In this document: piece after piece, positions 12,380-26,048 of the stretch
Position numbering within the stretch: position 1 is the first letter of the stretch
How the letters are laid out: every line of letters starts with the position of its first letter
DNA from: the human T2T-CHM13v2.0 reference genome, Homo sapiens
Reading direction: 5' to 3' (one strand)
DNA: 64,000 nucleotides
Assembly (NCBI RefSeq): GCF_009914755.1
Contig: NC_060925.1
Program-made: the position numbers and the translations under genes
The notes under the pieces: model-generated
Database searches by the model: none
What the model saw: the letters and a program-made list of their open reading frames with translations, nothing else
What the model was told of the DNA's origin: nothing

Positions 12380-15300
12380 GTAAGAAATAAGTCCTTCCCG
12401 CTTTTGGGGCAAACATTATTTATTCTGTTTATTTTCATTATCTGCATATCTAATGACTGACTGTGTTTAACACCTAAACAAGGTTTTGAACTTTAAAAAC
12501 AAATCTTTGCGAACCATGACCAGGTCTCATTATGCCACATGGGAAAAAAGGAAGTTGGTTGCTAAGTGCTTTTACAACCCCGTTATTAAGGGCCCTGGGG
12601 TAATTTTGTAAAGATTCACCTCTGGTTCAATCACAGCCACACGATCAAATATTTTTGGTACTAAGTTTCATTTATTGCAGTTTCCACTGGAATTAGTCAA
12701 GCTACTTATACATATCATGAGCTAAGCAAATGTTTTATAAGTTAATTTTTGATTAGTGTACAACATAGTAGCATCTGGAATGCCTATGAAGCTGGCCCGG
12801 GAATGGGGAGTTGTAGGGAAGCTGGGGGGTTTTATTTTGTTTTTGTTTTAGTAAATCAAAATATTCCCTCCTGGAATTGTCAGAGTCTGGAAAAGAGAAT
12901 CTTTATAAAATGTAAATTACCTCCTGGATGTTAGTTTTTAGTAGCAGTGGGTGATTTTTAGTGGCAACACAAGTCTGATACGATGTACCTACATCGTTTT
13001 ATTTTAGAGCAACACGAGGAACAGATTTCAAAAAATAAAATGAATTTGTTCTCTTCTTGGTTGCCTGGTTTGTTGGGAACATGTTCTCAGGATGCTGATG
13101 CATGGCTGACAGAGGTGACCTCTCTGCTGGAAAATAGGAAGATATTATGTTCCATGTTCACAGCACCAACAAGTGACTGGTTTGTTGTTAACGCACCTAG
13201 GTGGATGGTGCAATAAGTGCTTTCACCTCTTATGCTTCCCGCTGACCAAATCCTGGCAGCCACTGCACCACATACAGGATACTGTGCTTACAGAAAAGCT
13301 ATAGGATAGGAGGGAGGCGGAACAGAGACACAGGAAGGACAAAAATATGAGACCAAAACATTAAAATGTCTCAAAATGTGAGCCCAACTCTTTTGGTTTC
13401 CAAAAATAAAATAAGCAGCTACAATTACGATTATTACTAAGCTAAATGGCCCGCTTCTGAGTAATTCAGAGTCAACTATGCATCGCCTGTTCTGTGGCAG
13501 CAAAATATTACTGGTGCTCTTTAACAGCCTTTTCTTACACTTTACCAATTTCATTTATTCTTGTAGACCCTGAATATTTTCCTGAATTAACCAAATTTGG
13601 CCACCTCAAATATCCACAGGACTGTGTGGCCTGAAGTTTGCCTATGGTGCTTTAAAAATTCTCTCTTTTTCATTAATTTTTCTCCTGTTGTCCTTCACGG
13701 CAATTTTAACTACAAGAATATCCCCCCCATCATTCCCTCACCTCATTTTTCTTTGGAAATGTCCATCTTGATTCCTCAGCCTGGTCATTTTGATGATACC
13801 TTGGTTACTAGCAGGTTCTTTGTTTCTCTTCCCAAATGAAGTTTTAGAAGATCATCTCAAATATGTCTGATTGAATATAATAGACAGTCTCCGTAATCTA
13901 ACTTGTAATATGTAGTCGACCCAAGTTTAAATACAGATAAACACCTACAATAGTGTGGCAAATTAATGCTTGCCAAATAGTTTGTCTTCACCCTAAAGCA
14001 TTTAAAAAACAAATAGGAATCCTCATAGGAATCTTAGTAATAAATGTAGTGATCATATATTCTAATCCTTTCCTAGAAAATTCTCTAACATTAATCACTC
14101 AATTTGCTAAAACGAGACTACAGAAAAGTCTTATTTGTTTAGTGCTTTGTAGTTTATTGCCTATTTTCATCTTTGTTTCCCCATAGCACTAAATTTAGCA
14201 AATTAGGATGTCACAAAACTTCAAAATCTGGGTTATTTAATGAATGTGACAAGGGGGATAGACTGTTTGGTTAGTTGGAAATGATAAACATATTGAAACA
14301 CTTTATTCACATTGACTAAGACTAAGGTATCATAGTTAACTGAATTTAAATTAATTCTGTTAAGCAAAAGGTAACAGAACTGCCGTGTCATAGAAGAACA
14401 GTGTGAAGGCTGAAGACATAGGCTGCAGTGTTTTCTTTTAGGTAGACATATTCATTTTGAAAATTATATAAATTTTAGAAATATACCACATTCTAGATCT
14501 TCATTCCAGTGACAAAATCATAGATTAGCAGTGTTTATCCACTTTGAAAATAGTTTCAACATATAAAATAAGAGTTATCTCTAAGTTGAACACCAAAATA
14601 AAAGTAGAAGGGAAAATAAAATGTTTTCCGCATTGGAAGACCAACAGAAATCTAGGTATTGAACACAGTATTTAATTAGAAATGAAGGAAATTTGTTCAG
14701 AAAACAAGTAGACCACTTGCAAAGTCTCTGAGTAATCAGACATAGAAATATAGCAATAATAACAGCAGATAGAATTTACTGAGAGCTTATTATGTATGAT
14801 ACAAATGGCTGCAATCAGAGATGAATTAATCTCCTGCAGATTCTGAACAAATGAATAGGTGTTTTGTTTGGTTGTGCAGTTAAAAACGATTTTAGCCCAC
14901 ATTTCAAAACTAGAACATTTCAAATTAAAAAAAAAAAATCTGGATGCTCATCATCTCTCTGAAGACCTGGCAGGACTAAGCCCACATTCTCACGTGGCGC
15001 ACATGGGGTGCACTGAACAGTGGCAAGTTTTCCAGAATCTCACAATGTGTATGTGCCTGACTCCCAGCACCCCCTCCCCATCCCCCACCCACTTTTTACT
15101 CCTGCAAGCATTTGGGTTTGCAACTCTGGACATAGATCTCTCAGCTTATAGAATATATCAAGACCAGATACTAAATCAGTTTTCTTCTGCCTTTGAAGAA
15201 AATTCTGTATATTGGTAAACAAAAAATAGAACACTAAAGGCTTTGACATTCTTGGGAAATGATGGGAGAAAGGGTAAAGTAAAATTGTGAACAGGAAAAG

Positions 15301-15755
15301 ACCCTTCCCTCCTGGCTGATAATAATTTTTCTGTCCTTGTCCAGCATAGCCTAAGCCAGTTTTTGCTCTTCGGTGGTGGTAACTGACATATATAAAGCCC
15401 TTCCATTTGCTCCTGGAATTATTTTCCTTTTGAAGCTTTCAGATAGCTCTTAATTATAGACCTTGAGGCTTTCTGGGTCTGTACTTTGCACAGCTTCTAG
15501 CTGTGTCTTTTGGGTTCTGTTTAATCAGCCTGTGACTACATGAATTTGAACAGCTATTCCCTGCTGAAGGCATTTTGCAAATGGAGTTTCCAAAATGCTA
15601 TATTACAAGGTTGTCTTTTACTAGAAAAAAAATTAAACCTTGAACTTGTGATTAAAATATAGGTTTATAACTCATTGGAAATTAAGATACAACTCAATTT
15701 GGGTGGATTAATATATTTGAAATTATTTTGAAAAAGTGTTCTGTATAACCTTAAA

Positions 15756-15803
15756 TTAAAAGTAATAGCAAAAAACCGCAATTACTTTTGCACCTACTTT
15801 AAT
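15756..15803. mobile_element. Partial MADE1 (Hsmar1 MITE)
   Basis: ttaaaagtaatagcaaaaaaccgcaattacttttgcacct matches about half of the MADE1 palindrome. Confidence 0.8.
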
Positions 15804-16815
15804 AATAAAGTGTCTTATATGTAAGGTTTTGCCTCTGAATGCTTGCAATCTAGACTCTATTTTTCATATTTCTCATAATTTCATCTTGGGCCACTTTTAG
15901 TCCTCTAATTGCTATATTTTAAAAGTGAATTGTTTGTCATGAAATTCCCATACTTCTTTCTACACAAAAGAACTTTTTAATCTGGTCACTAAAGAATAAT
16001 AAAGTCTAAATTTTCATATAAAAAAGTATTTGAATTTTCCTCAAAGCACAGTATGGATTAGTCAATAAGATAATTTAAGCACAGAAATAGGTATTTATGT
16101 GGCCTTTTTTTTCTAATTTCATTTAAGGTGCATCCAGGCAGGTTTATAAGAAAGGTGGATTCAATAGGTAGCAGTATCTGGAAAATAAGGCAAATAATAA
16201 AGTCTATAATATTACAAGTAAATTGACTAGAATAATATGTCTAGTATCCTAGCTACTTATAAACTGGTCTGAAAAATAACCACTCCTGGACGTTAATCAC
16301 AATGACTCTCTGCTTTTGGAGTCATTCAACAATGCCAAGCTTGGCATCATAGAAGCAATGAGAAAATGAGAAATCAGGGATCTGAATTCTGTGTCTGGTT
16401 CTACCTGCCTACTAGCTGTATATCTCAGAGCCTCACCTTCCTCTCTATAGCATGTAGCCAGTTGAACTAGACATTCCTGGAGGCCTACCAGATGTAAAAA
16501 GCTACAAGTTTTTGCTTCCTATCTATGTTCTAGAAAGAACATCTTCTACATTTGAACAAACTCCTAGCTTTCTTTGTGTTTGTGCTCCTAGTTTTGGTTT
16601 TGGGAGGTAGCCTCTGGTGAATCCATGCATTAGCGCACATATTGAAAGGGAAACTGACCAACAGCTCTTTCCCTACTCACATGCTAGTCACTCGTGTTTA
16701 TATCGGAAAGCTCCTAAAGAGGCAGAGCTATTAGAGATTGTTGGAATAAATTGATAGCAGCCATAATCAAGATTTGAAAAGCAAAAGAAAGAGGTCATAC
16801 ATCTGCTTGTTGTGC

Positions 16816-18682
16816 TTTTGTTGTTGTTGTTGTTGTTGTTGTTTATCATACTTTAAGTTCTGGGATACATGTGCACAACGTGCAGGTTTGTTACATATGT
16901 ATACATGGTGCCATGTTGGTTGCTGCACCCATTAACTCATCATTTACATTAAGTATTTCTCCTAATTCTATCCCTCCCCCATCCACCACCCCACGACAGG
17001 TCCTGATGTGTGATGTTCCCCACCCTGTGTCCAAGCATTCTCATAGTTCAATTCCCACCTAAGAGTGAGAACATCTGGTGTTTGGTTTTCTGTCCTTGCG
17101 ATAGTTTGCTCAGAATGATGGTTTCCAGCTTCATCCATGTCCCTGCAAAGGACATGAACCCATCCTTTTTATGGCTGCATAGTATTCCATGGTGTATATG
17201 TGCCACACTTTCTTAATCCAGTCTATCATTGATGGACATTTGGATTGGTTCCAAGTCTTTGCTATTGTGAATAGTGCCACAATAAACATACGTGTGCATG
17301 TGTCTTTATAGCAGCATGATTTATAATCCTTTGGGTATATACCCAGTAATGGGATCACTGGGTCAAATGGTATTTCTAGTTATAGATCCTTGAGGAATCG
17401 CCACACTGCCTTCCACAATGGTTGAACTCATTTACACTCCCACCAACAGTGTAAAAACATTCCTATTTCTCCACATCCTCTCCAGCACCTGTTGTTTCCT
17501 GACTTTTAGTGATTGCCATTCTAACTGGTGTGAGATGATATCTCATTGTGGTTTTGATTTGCATTTCTGTGATGACCAGTGATGATGAACATTTTTTCAT
17601 GTGTCTATTGGCTGCATAAATGTCTTCTTTTGAGAAGTGTCTGTTCATATCCTTTGCCCACTTTTTGATGGGGTTATTTGATTTTTTCTTGTAAATTTGT
17701 GTAAGTTCTTTGTAGATTCTGGATATTAGCCCTTTGTCAGATGAGTAGACTACAAAAATTTTCTCCCATTCTGTAGGTTGCCTGTTCACTCTGATGGTAG
17801 TTTCTTTTCCTGTGCAGAAGCTCTTCAGTTTAATTAGATCCCATTTGTCTATTTTGGCTTTTGTTGTCATTACTTTTGGTGTTTTAGTCATGAAGTCCTT
17901 GCCCATGCCTCTGTCCCGAATGGTATTACCTAGGTTTTCATCTAGGGTTTTTATGGTTTTAGGTCTAACATGTAAGTCTTTAATCCATCTTGAATTAATT
18001 TTTGTATAAGGTGTAAGGAAGGGATCCAGTTTCAGCTTTCTACATATGGCTAGCCAGTTTTCCCAGCACTATTTATTAAATAGGGAATCCTTTCCCCATT
18101 GCTTGTTTTTGTCAGGTTTGTCAAAGATCAGATGGTTGTAGATGTGTATTGTTATTTCTGAGACCTCTGTTCTGTTCCATTGGTCTATATCTCTGTTTAG
18201 GTACCAGCAGCATGCTGTTTTGGTTACTGTAGCCTTGTAGCATAGTTTAAAGTCAGGCAGTGTGATGCCTCCAGCTTTGTTCTTTTTGCTTATGATTGTC
18301 TTGGCAATGAGGGCTCTTTTTTGGTTCCATATGAACTTTAAAGTAGTTTTTTCCAGTTTTGTGAAGAAAGTCATTGGTAGCTTGATGGGAATGGCATTGA
18401 ATCTATAAATTACCTTAGGTAGTATGGCCATTTTCACGATATTGATTCTTCCTATCCATGAGCATGGAATGTTCTTCCATTTGTTTGTGTCCTCTTTTAT
18501 TTCATTGAGCAGTGGTTTGTAGTTCTTCTTGAAGAGGTCCTTCACATCCCTTGTAAGTTGAATTCTTAGGTATTTTATTCTCTTTGAAGCAATTGTGAAT
18601 GGGAGTTCACTCATGATTTGGCTCTCTGTTTGTCTGTTATTTGTGTATAGGAATGCTCATGATTTTTGCACATTGATTTTGT
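16816..18682 (-). mobile_element. 5'-truncated L1PA element (ORF2 C-terminal part, 3'UTR, tail decayed to (CAA)n)
   Basis: Minus-strand ORF fragments 18069..18614, 17463..17906 and 17131..17358 are L1 ORF2-like (e.g. [23 protein letters not shown]). L1 3'UTR at 16845-17130. Confidence 0.97.
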
Positions 18683-18692
18683 GTTTTCTAAG

Positions 18693-18806
18693 GTCATCTG
18701 GTCCACCAGGGTTCTGTTGCTGCTGGACAGTTTTCGTCATTCCCGACTACGTTTGTCAGGGGCTCCTCATCTTCGCCATCACATTCTCATCATTCGCATC
18801 ACATTG
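18693..18806 (+). other. Exon-like 114-nt segment abutting the 5' truncation point of an L1
   Basis: gttttctaag|GTCATC...ACATTG|gtagag. All three + frames are open, and all five CpGs fall in Arg codons of the phase-0 frame. Splice sites are weak. Confidence 0.3.
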
Positions 18807-19387
18807 GTAGAGGCTGCCCAGATCACTAGGCCAAGAACATTCAAAAAATCCTTATAAGCACACCTTCCATAGAACACCAAAGAAAAAATCCAGACAAGGA
18901 AAAGGGGTCTCTAAATCCTGCCTCTGATTTTTTGTAAGCTCTTTTTGTACCCTAACTATGTGGGAAATGCATTATTGTCTATATTTGCTAACATCCAGCT
19001 CTGTAGGGAAACAGTTTACTTCTCTATTCTCTAAGTACCCCCCCCCAAACTATCTGGAGAAAAACTTCTACGGCAAGACATTAAACATTGTCAGTAAAGT
19101 TTTCTTGTATGTTTCTGCCTTGTTCTTATGTACACATAACTAAAACTTACATACCCACATTAGCAAAGCTGTATTGTACAATGGATAGCCTCTCTTTAAG
19201 GTTCTCCAAAGCCTCCTATGGTTTAAATAAGCCCTAAACACTAGGACTGCCTGTCTTCCTTTGGCCTGATTCTCTGGAGTGTATGTTTGGTTAGCTGCTT
19301 ATAAAGTCTTCTGTTACCCAAGACTGTTGACTGATCCATCATTCTCTGACTAGGTGTCTGTTCTCTCTTCCTTTTTGCTGATCACAG

Positions 19388-19399
19388 AGGCGCAGCCCG
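19388..19399 (+). CDS. SGIP1: SGIP1 12-nt microexon (RRSP), phase 0-0
   Basis: ttctctcttcctttttgctgatcacag|AGGCGCAGCCCG|gtaaga. Confidence 0.93.
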
Positions 19400-19949
19400 G
19401 TAAGAACTCTCAACATTTTTACCTTAAACATGTATAGAGAAAATTGCTGCCAAGGCAAGGTGGCCAGGTTGGTTTCCCATTAAATTTATGATAACCCAGT
19501 GTGAATGAGGCAGATGAAATAGGTTTACTGATTGAAAGCCTCTGACCCTCTTAAGTATCAAGGGCATATTTTAGAATTGTCAGAGCACTTTCCCATAAGT
19601 AACTAAATTAATAGATGGGAATCCCAACTCCTAGTACTAAACTTGGAAAATATATGGAGTGTGTGTGTATATATGTGTGTGTGTGTGTATGTGTATATAA
19701 AAGGCCTAGAGATTCACCAGAAAGTACCATAGAAGTTGATAGCAAAGAGATAATAAAGAATAATAAAATGAATAAGAATGTAAGGACATCATTTTTAAGC
19801 CATCATTGTTTGTAAGCCTGAATTCAAAATATGTTCCTGGACCATAACTTACAATGATCAGAATATACAGATACATCATTATAATTTCCATCTTGGGAGA
19901 GGGAGACACACTTTCAAGTCAATATTCCTAGGCTATCACATAATTCTAA

Positions 19950-20344
<395 letters not shown>

Positions 20345-22852
20345 TGAAGAGTATCATGAATTTAAAGCAACAAAAAGAAGGGTCTTTGTTAGGTTTGAAA
20401 TGATCCCCATTTACCTGGTCAGTCCCTTAAGAGAGGAAATGGAACTGAAGACAACACTCTCTGAAATATCCCTAGGCCTGTGCCAATCCAATTAGTCAAT
20501 TATTATTTGATGCAAATACCCTGCCCCAGGTGACCAGTTGGTGGTTCTCTGCTAAACTACATAGCTAATGCCATTCAAAGATGGTATCTGCAGAGACTGC
20601 TAATCTACGGATGATTCCAACCCAGCTGTTAAGTGACATCACAGATTATGAAAAGAGTGAATTCAATCATTCAAAGTGAGGAAATTTATTCACAACATAC
20701 ATATAACAACAAACAAGCATTGAAAGGGGGAAAATACAGTCGCTTGACAAAGGGAGGTTTTTGAATCCAATGGGCTTTTTTCCTGAATGTGGTTTGTGTG
20801 GTCGACATCACCTCAGTCTTTTTCTAGATATGTCATGCTGCAACATTAAGGTCATCAGAGATCTGTATGCCCATCCAGCAGATAGCAGGACTTTCTTTTC
20901 TGTTGCTGCTGAGTTGCTGCTGATCTTTCAAACATTTGTTGCTTTCTAAATTGATACTAGCTTTGTTCTTCCTAATTTCTAAACAACAGAGTTTTCTTGA
21001 ATATTTCTGCCATGTTTTGGTTGCACTTAACTTGAGATTGTTCATTCATGAAGACTATTTAATAAAAATGTTACAGGGGCTTCTTCTTTAGTGCCTTTCA
21101 ACTGTGAATATCCATTGAATGAATTGACACACCTGGGAATTGATGACTACAAAAGGAGCTCTGTAGCTTTCTTGGTTTCATGGATATTAACATTTGAAGG
21201 AGTAGGACAGAGGGACAAAAAGGTCTTCAATACAACCTCTGGGACCTCCTGGCTTTTAGGCCTCACAGTACTAGGTGGGCTGTGTTCCCTCAATGCCATT
21301 TATTAATCTTGTGATTGACTGCTTGGAACTAAAGCCCCTCTATCTCTTCCTTCAGATCTTATTAATGAAATTCTATCTGAGGGTTCATAACCCAGAAAAA
21401 CATCTGTTATCTAATTATTTCTGTTATCTAATCATTTCTGTCTACAGAGCCTTCTTTTCCAAAAGCGAACCTGTATCCAAACTTCCATAATGTCCTCAGC
21501 AGATTTACATGGCCATATTTATTAGAAAGTATTTATAAATAGTGTAGTAATTCTCTATATGACACACTTAGTAGGGAAAAACAGATCACATTATTAGACA
21601 AAAAGCCAGAAAATGTAGTTTGAGAGATTGAGAAAGCATCAAATGGATCCTTGTTCAGATTGAAACTGCTCCCGTAGCATAAATGGGTTCAAAATGGGAC
21701 AGAAAATGCTTATATAGCCTTAGGAACGAGGGAAAGAAGCTTCTTATAGGTCAATTACAGAGGTGCTAAACCTTGTCCTAAGCTGTTAATGTTATACTTT
21801 GAGAGAAGAAAATGTATCTGTGACCACCAGATTGAGCCTTCACTAAAATTAAAAAGTAGGAAAAAATGTGTTTGGTGGCCATCCAACAAATGTGTTCATG
21901 GTCTCAGCTTTTGGAATGCTTTCTTATATGTACTTCAGCTTTCCCTGTCCTCAACTCTGCCCCTGTCATTCTCCTACTGCAGGCATCCCAAGCCATGCTG
22001 TACCCCACGATGCAACCATCCTGGTGGTCTAGTTTTCTGGTGGCATCCCACACTAAGAACTTTTCACAACTTCTGGTTTTTAATCAAAACTCTTAATCTA
22101 ATCAATCCTTTTACTATCTAAATAAGTTTATGCTAAGGCATTATAAAAACTGGAGATGACCTGCTCAGATTATTCCTACCAGGGCTATTTGTATTCCAAT
22201 AATATCACAATGCCTTGAGCTAAAGACATTACTTCCAATTCATGAATTGATGGGCCTAGTGGCAGGCAAGTGAAATAAATTGGGAGGATGAGTGCATAGG
22301 TGGAATTCCCTGGCTTTCTGAATAAAACAGTTCATTCAATGGCAGATAGTTCAAGTTTCCCCTGCCTTTTACACTTGCTATCTATACCTTTTAAAATCAC
22401 ATTTGTAAACTGATGACTGTTTCCATTAGCAACCTGGGGACCACACCTGGCAAGGAGCATGCACTACTCCTAAACACATTCTGTAATTTTTAAGCATCAA
22501 ATATATGCTAAACTTCGATTTACTTTCTTATCTACTAGACTTCAAGAGGTTTTTTTTAATGGACTAATCAATATTTGAATTTAATTTACCAAATCTACCC
22601 AGGTAAGGGGTTTTTCTTCTTCAGAAGACTTACGATTTACCCTTTCTTCCTCTCTATAATCTTTGAGTGAAATAAAAAACTGATTTCTGTGTGTGTATCT
22701 ACAATTTCCTACTTAAATGCGGTTCTGAGAAAAAGTTCATTTCCCTATCTGCATTTATTTGAGTTCAGTTTAATTGCAATGACAGAAATAATACATATTG
22801 TACATAACATATATGTGGTCTTAAACCTTATAGTGTCTATTTCTAATTCTAG

Positions 22853-22877
22853 GGTGCAATTAAAAGGAACTTATCCA
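22853..22877 (+). CDS. SGIP1: SGIP1 exon, 25 nt (GAIKRNLS+), phase 0-1
   Basis: ttctaattctag|GGTGCAATTAAAAGGAACTTATCCA|gtaagt. Confidence 0.95.
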
Positions 22878-23801
22878 GTAAGTATATCTTAGCTACCAGA
22901 AATAGTGTATGATTTAAAAGAAAGAACAGTTCCTTGGATCTTGGAGTATATGTACATATGAATTATACATTCCTGGGCTTAATTTTTAAGACTTACAATT
23001 TTTTTACTTTTACAGCAAAGAATTCTTGTAATGATAGAGGGCACTTGTGGGTTCTGAGTGATTAATGTTTAAGTTCTGAAAATAAATATGTTTTTGGAAA
23101 AACATTGCTATTTTCTTTCTATATTTGTCAACTCTTGCTGTATTATTTAACTTTAGAAATGAATTTAATCAAGTGTGTATTTGTTGCTGGGGGTGGGAAG
23201 AACAGGCGGGCAGAAGGAACTGAAAGTAGAAGCAACTTACCCATTCTTGTGTTATTTGATATGAAAATTTTAGTCAACCAAAGTGATGCGATATAGGTTA
23301 TAATACACATAGGGCACAATTTTCCTCTGCTGCATACAACACTTCCTAGGAAATTCTAAATTCATGTTTCATAGTTAAAGATACAACATTTTCTTGGCAT
23401 TTCAAGAAAAGAACAGGCAGAGAATGCTGGATTCATGTATTACACATATGGCCTGGCTTAGTATTCTCTTAATTGGAAAGCAGAACCAGTCAAGGCAGCA
23501 GACATTCCAAGAATGGTGTGCTCTTTCACTAAGTGCTGCACTATACAAATCTTCTATTTGATGGCTTGTCACGGAAGTTCCTTAGTTAATGAGGTTTTAC
23601 AAATGCCAGAGAAAACACCACTACATATGCCTAATATATGGCTGTTGCATTGCCAGGGGAGAAGGTTTGTTTTGCAAAGTTTTCATACTGAGTTGCTTAT
23701 TGATGGGACTTAAATCTCTAAGTGTTTCCAAACATAGGTTATAAGACATATCAGGGAATGGTAAAAATTTGTCTAAAAAGTTCCTTTGTCCTGTGCATCA
23801 G

Positions 23802-23853
23802 GTGAAGAAGTGGCAAGACCCAGGCGTTCCACACCAACTCCAGAACTTATAAG
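23802..23853 (+). CDS. SGIP1: SGIP1 exon, 52 nt (SEEVARPRRSTPTPELIS), phase 1-2
   Basis: tttgtcctgtgcatcag|GTGAAGAAG...CTTATAAG|gtgagt; the frame continues from the previous exon. Confidence 0.96.
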
Positions 23854-25138
23854 GTGAGTGTGAAAGACATTAGTTGTGTTTTATGCAAGGCATCATGAAC
23901 TTTTAACAATTAAGCAAATCTCCTTTGAGCTAAACTCTCAGCTCCCATTAACAAAGGCTCTACCAAAACATGTCAGTCCATATGTCCACAGCATGGTCCA
24001 AATATGTTATTATTTTTCATAAGTGCAGCCCAAGGGAGACCTTTAGGGAAATATTCTGCCCTTATCTGAAGTAACTGTCTATCAGAATGTGCAGGCCCCT
24101 TCCTGATGGGACAGCTAAAGTTTCTCTCTAAAGAGGTATTTTGGTGTCTGGAATGCTGATCTTCAATATCATTATATTACCCTACGAAAAGAAGCCTATT
24201 TAGTTGGATACCATCTCATGATACATTCCACCTGCCACACACCAAAGGAATCTTCCATTCTGTTTTTAGTTTTTGGCAAAGCATTGTATTTTACAGTGTA
24301 TTCTGTGGGTTAGGTAAGTATTGTACAAATGGCATTGTTTTATAAAAAGACTGCTATTTCTATTTTGAAACTGGATTATTTTCAATCTTTATCCTCCTCC
24401 AACCTCTCCCCTCTCCTCTTCACCCCTTGCCCGTTACCATACCACATAGACCTCACTGGGATCAATGAGGGGAATCAGATTTGGAGAAGAAATGAAGATA
24501 ATTATGCATCATTTTCTTAATAATCAGTCTGGAGTAATAATTAAGAGAAGGGATGCGAGTTTAACTTATTATCCTCCTGTTCCCCCTGATTTCTCAATAC
24601 TTCTCTTTCTGAGATTTACTATCTTGGAGTATTAGGAGGTTACAACTAGTCTATTAGAGGATGAAACTTCTCGGTGGCTTTTTACTTAATATTGCTATGC
24701 TTGACTTTCGCTAATTATAAATTGCATTAACTACAACAAAGAGATGTGGTGAAATCAAATATAAATTTTACTTGAGATCTTAGGGGAGAAAGGTGCTTTG
24801 CAATAAACTCAGCTCTAGTATTATCTCTTCTAGGTATAGAAAATCATGATGCTTTGAAAGAGTTATTCTCCTTCAACTTATTTCTATTGGGTGAGCACCT
24901 CAGCTCTCCATTGAGAACTAAGGATCTCACCTTCTACCAATTCTTTTGTCCCATAATACATCTGACATCCTTATAAAATACTTTCTAGCCCTAACGGGGC
25001 TTGTATACACATGCATGCATGCACTGGTGCACACACACACTTGTTTCACTAAGAAAAATATGTGAAAGCTTGTATATCTTTTTGAGTATTAATTTTTGAG
25101 CCCTTTCCCTGTATTTTGCCTTAATGTGTGTGATTTAG

Positions 25139-25224
25139 CAAAAAGCCTCCAGATGACACTACGGCCCTTGCTCCTCTCTTTGGCCCACCACTAGAATCAG
25201 CTTTTGATGAACAGAAGACAGAAG
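25139..25224 (+). CDS. SGIP1: SGIP1 exon, 86 nt ([28 protein letters not shown]), phase 2-1
   Basis: gatttag|CAAAAAGCCT...ACAGAAG|gtagga; contains the FCHO-family LFGP motif. Confidence 0.96.
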
Positions 25225-25743
25225 GTAGGAAAAGAAACTCCATATATTATAGATTTGTTTTTTCTTTTATTAAAGTACAACTCTTCTAGATTAAATGTAT
25301 GTATTTTGAGGTATATTTTTAATATATTATTTTCGTGGGAAAGAAAAGTTTCAATCTAGGTGTGCTGTCAAGAACAGAAGTTTAGTTTGAAAATCTCTAT
25401 TATTTTAGGATTTGAAACTTTACTTCCAGAAATATCTAATAGCTAAGAAGCTCATTCTTCAAAACAAGTCAGTAAAAATTACTGCAAGTCTACACAAATC
25501 CCGGTCATGGAGTAAACACTCTGGGAACCAGACCATCATCATTTGAGGTGTCAACAGAATCACAAATGGAGACAGACCTTCATACATCCGTCATTGTCGC
25601 TGTCGTTGGGGTGTGGCCTCCCTGACCATCTTTGCTCTTTCCCACCTCATAATGAAGGCATCAATTGGATTGCTCACAACAGTCATTGTTTGCTGGCTCA
25701 AGACCCAGGAATGACCTTGAATCATTTAGAAACTTAGAAATAA

Positions 25744-26048
25744 GGCCAGGTGTGGTGGTTCACTCCCTCAATCCCAGCACTTTGGGATGCTGAGATAGGA
25801 TTGCTTGAGCCCAGGAGTTCGAGACCAGCCTGGACAACATATGGAGACCCCCATCTCTACAAAAAAATTTTTAAAATTAGCCGGGCATGGTGGTGCATGC
25901 CTGTAGGCCCAGCTGCTCGGGAGGCTGAGGTGGGAGGTTCACTTAAGCCCAGGAAGTCAAGGCTGCAGTGAGCTGTGATCACACCATTGCACTCCAGCCC
26001 GAGCAGCACAGCAAGACCCCACCTCAAATAAAATAAAATAAAATAAAA
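25744..26048 (+). mobile_element. Alu (J-like)
   Basis: ggccaggtgtggtggttcac...; (TAAAA)n tail. Confidence 0.95.

Noticed and set aside
17131-18614. Minus-strand ORFs resembling a reverse-transcriptase protein
   Set aside because: Broken fragments of L1 ORF2 in a 5'-truncated element; not a functional gene.
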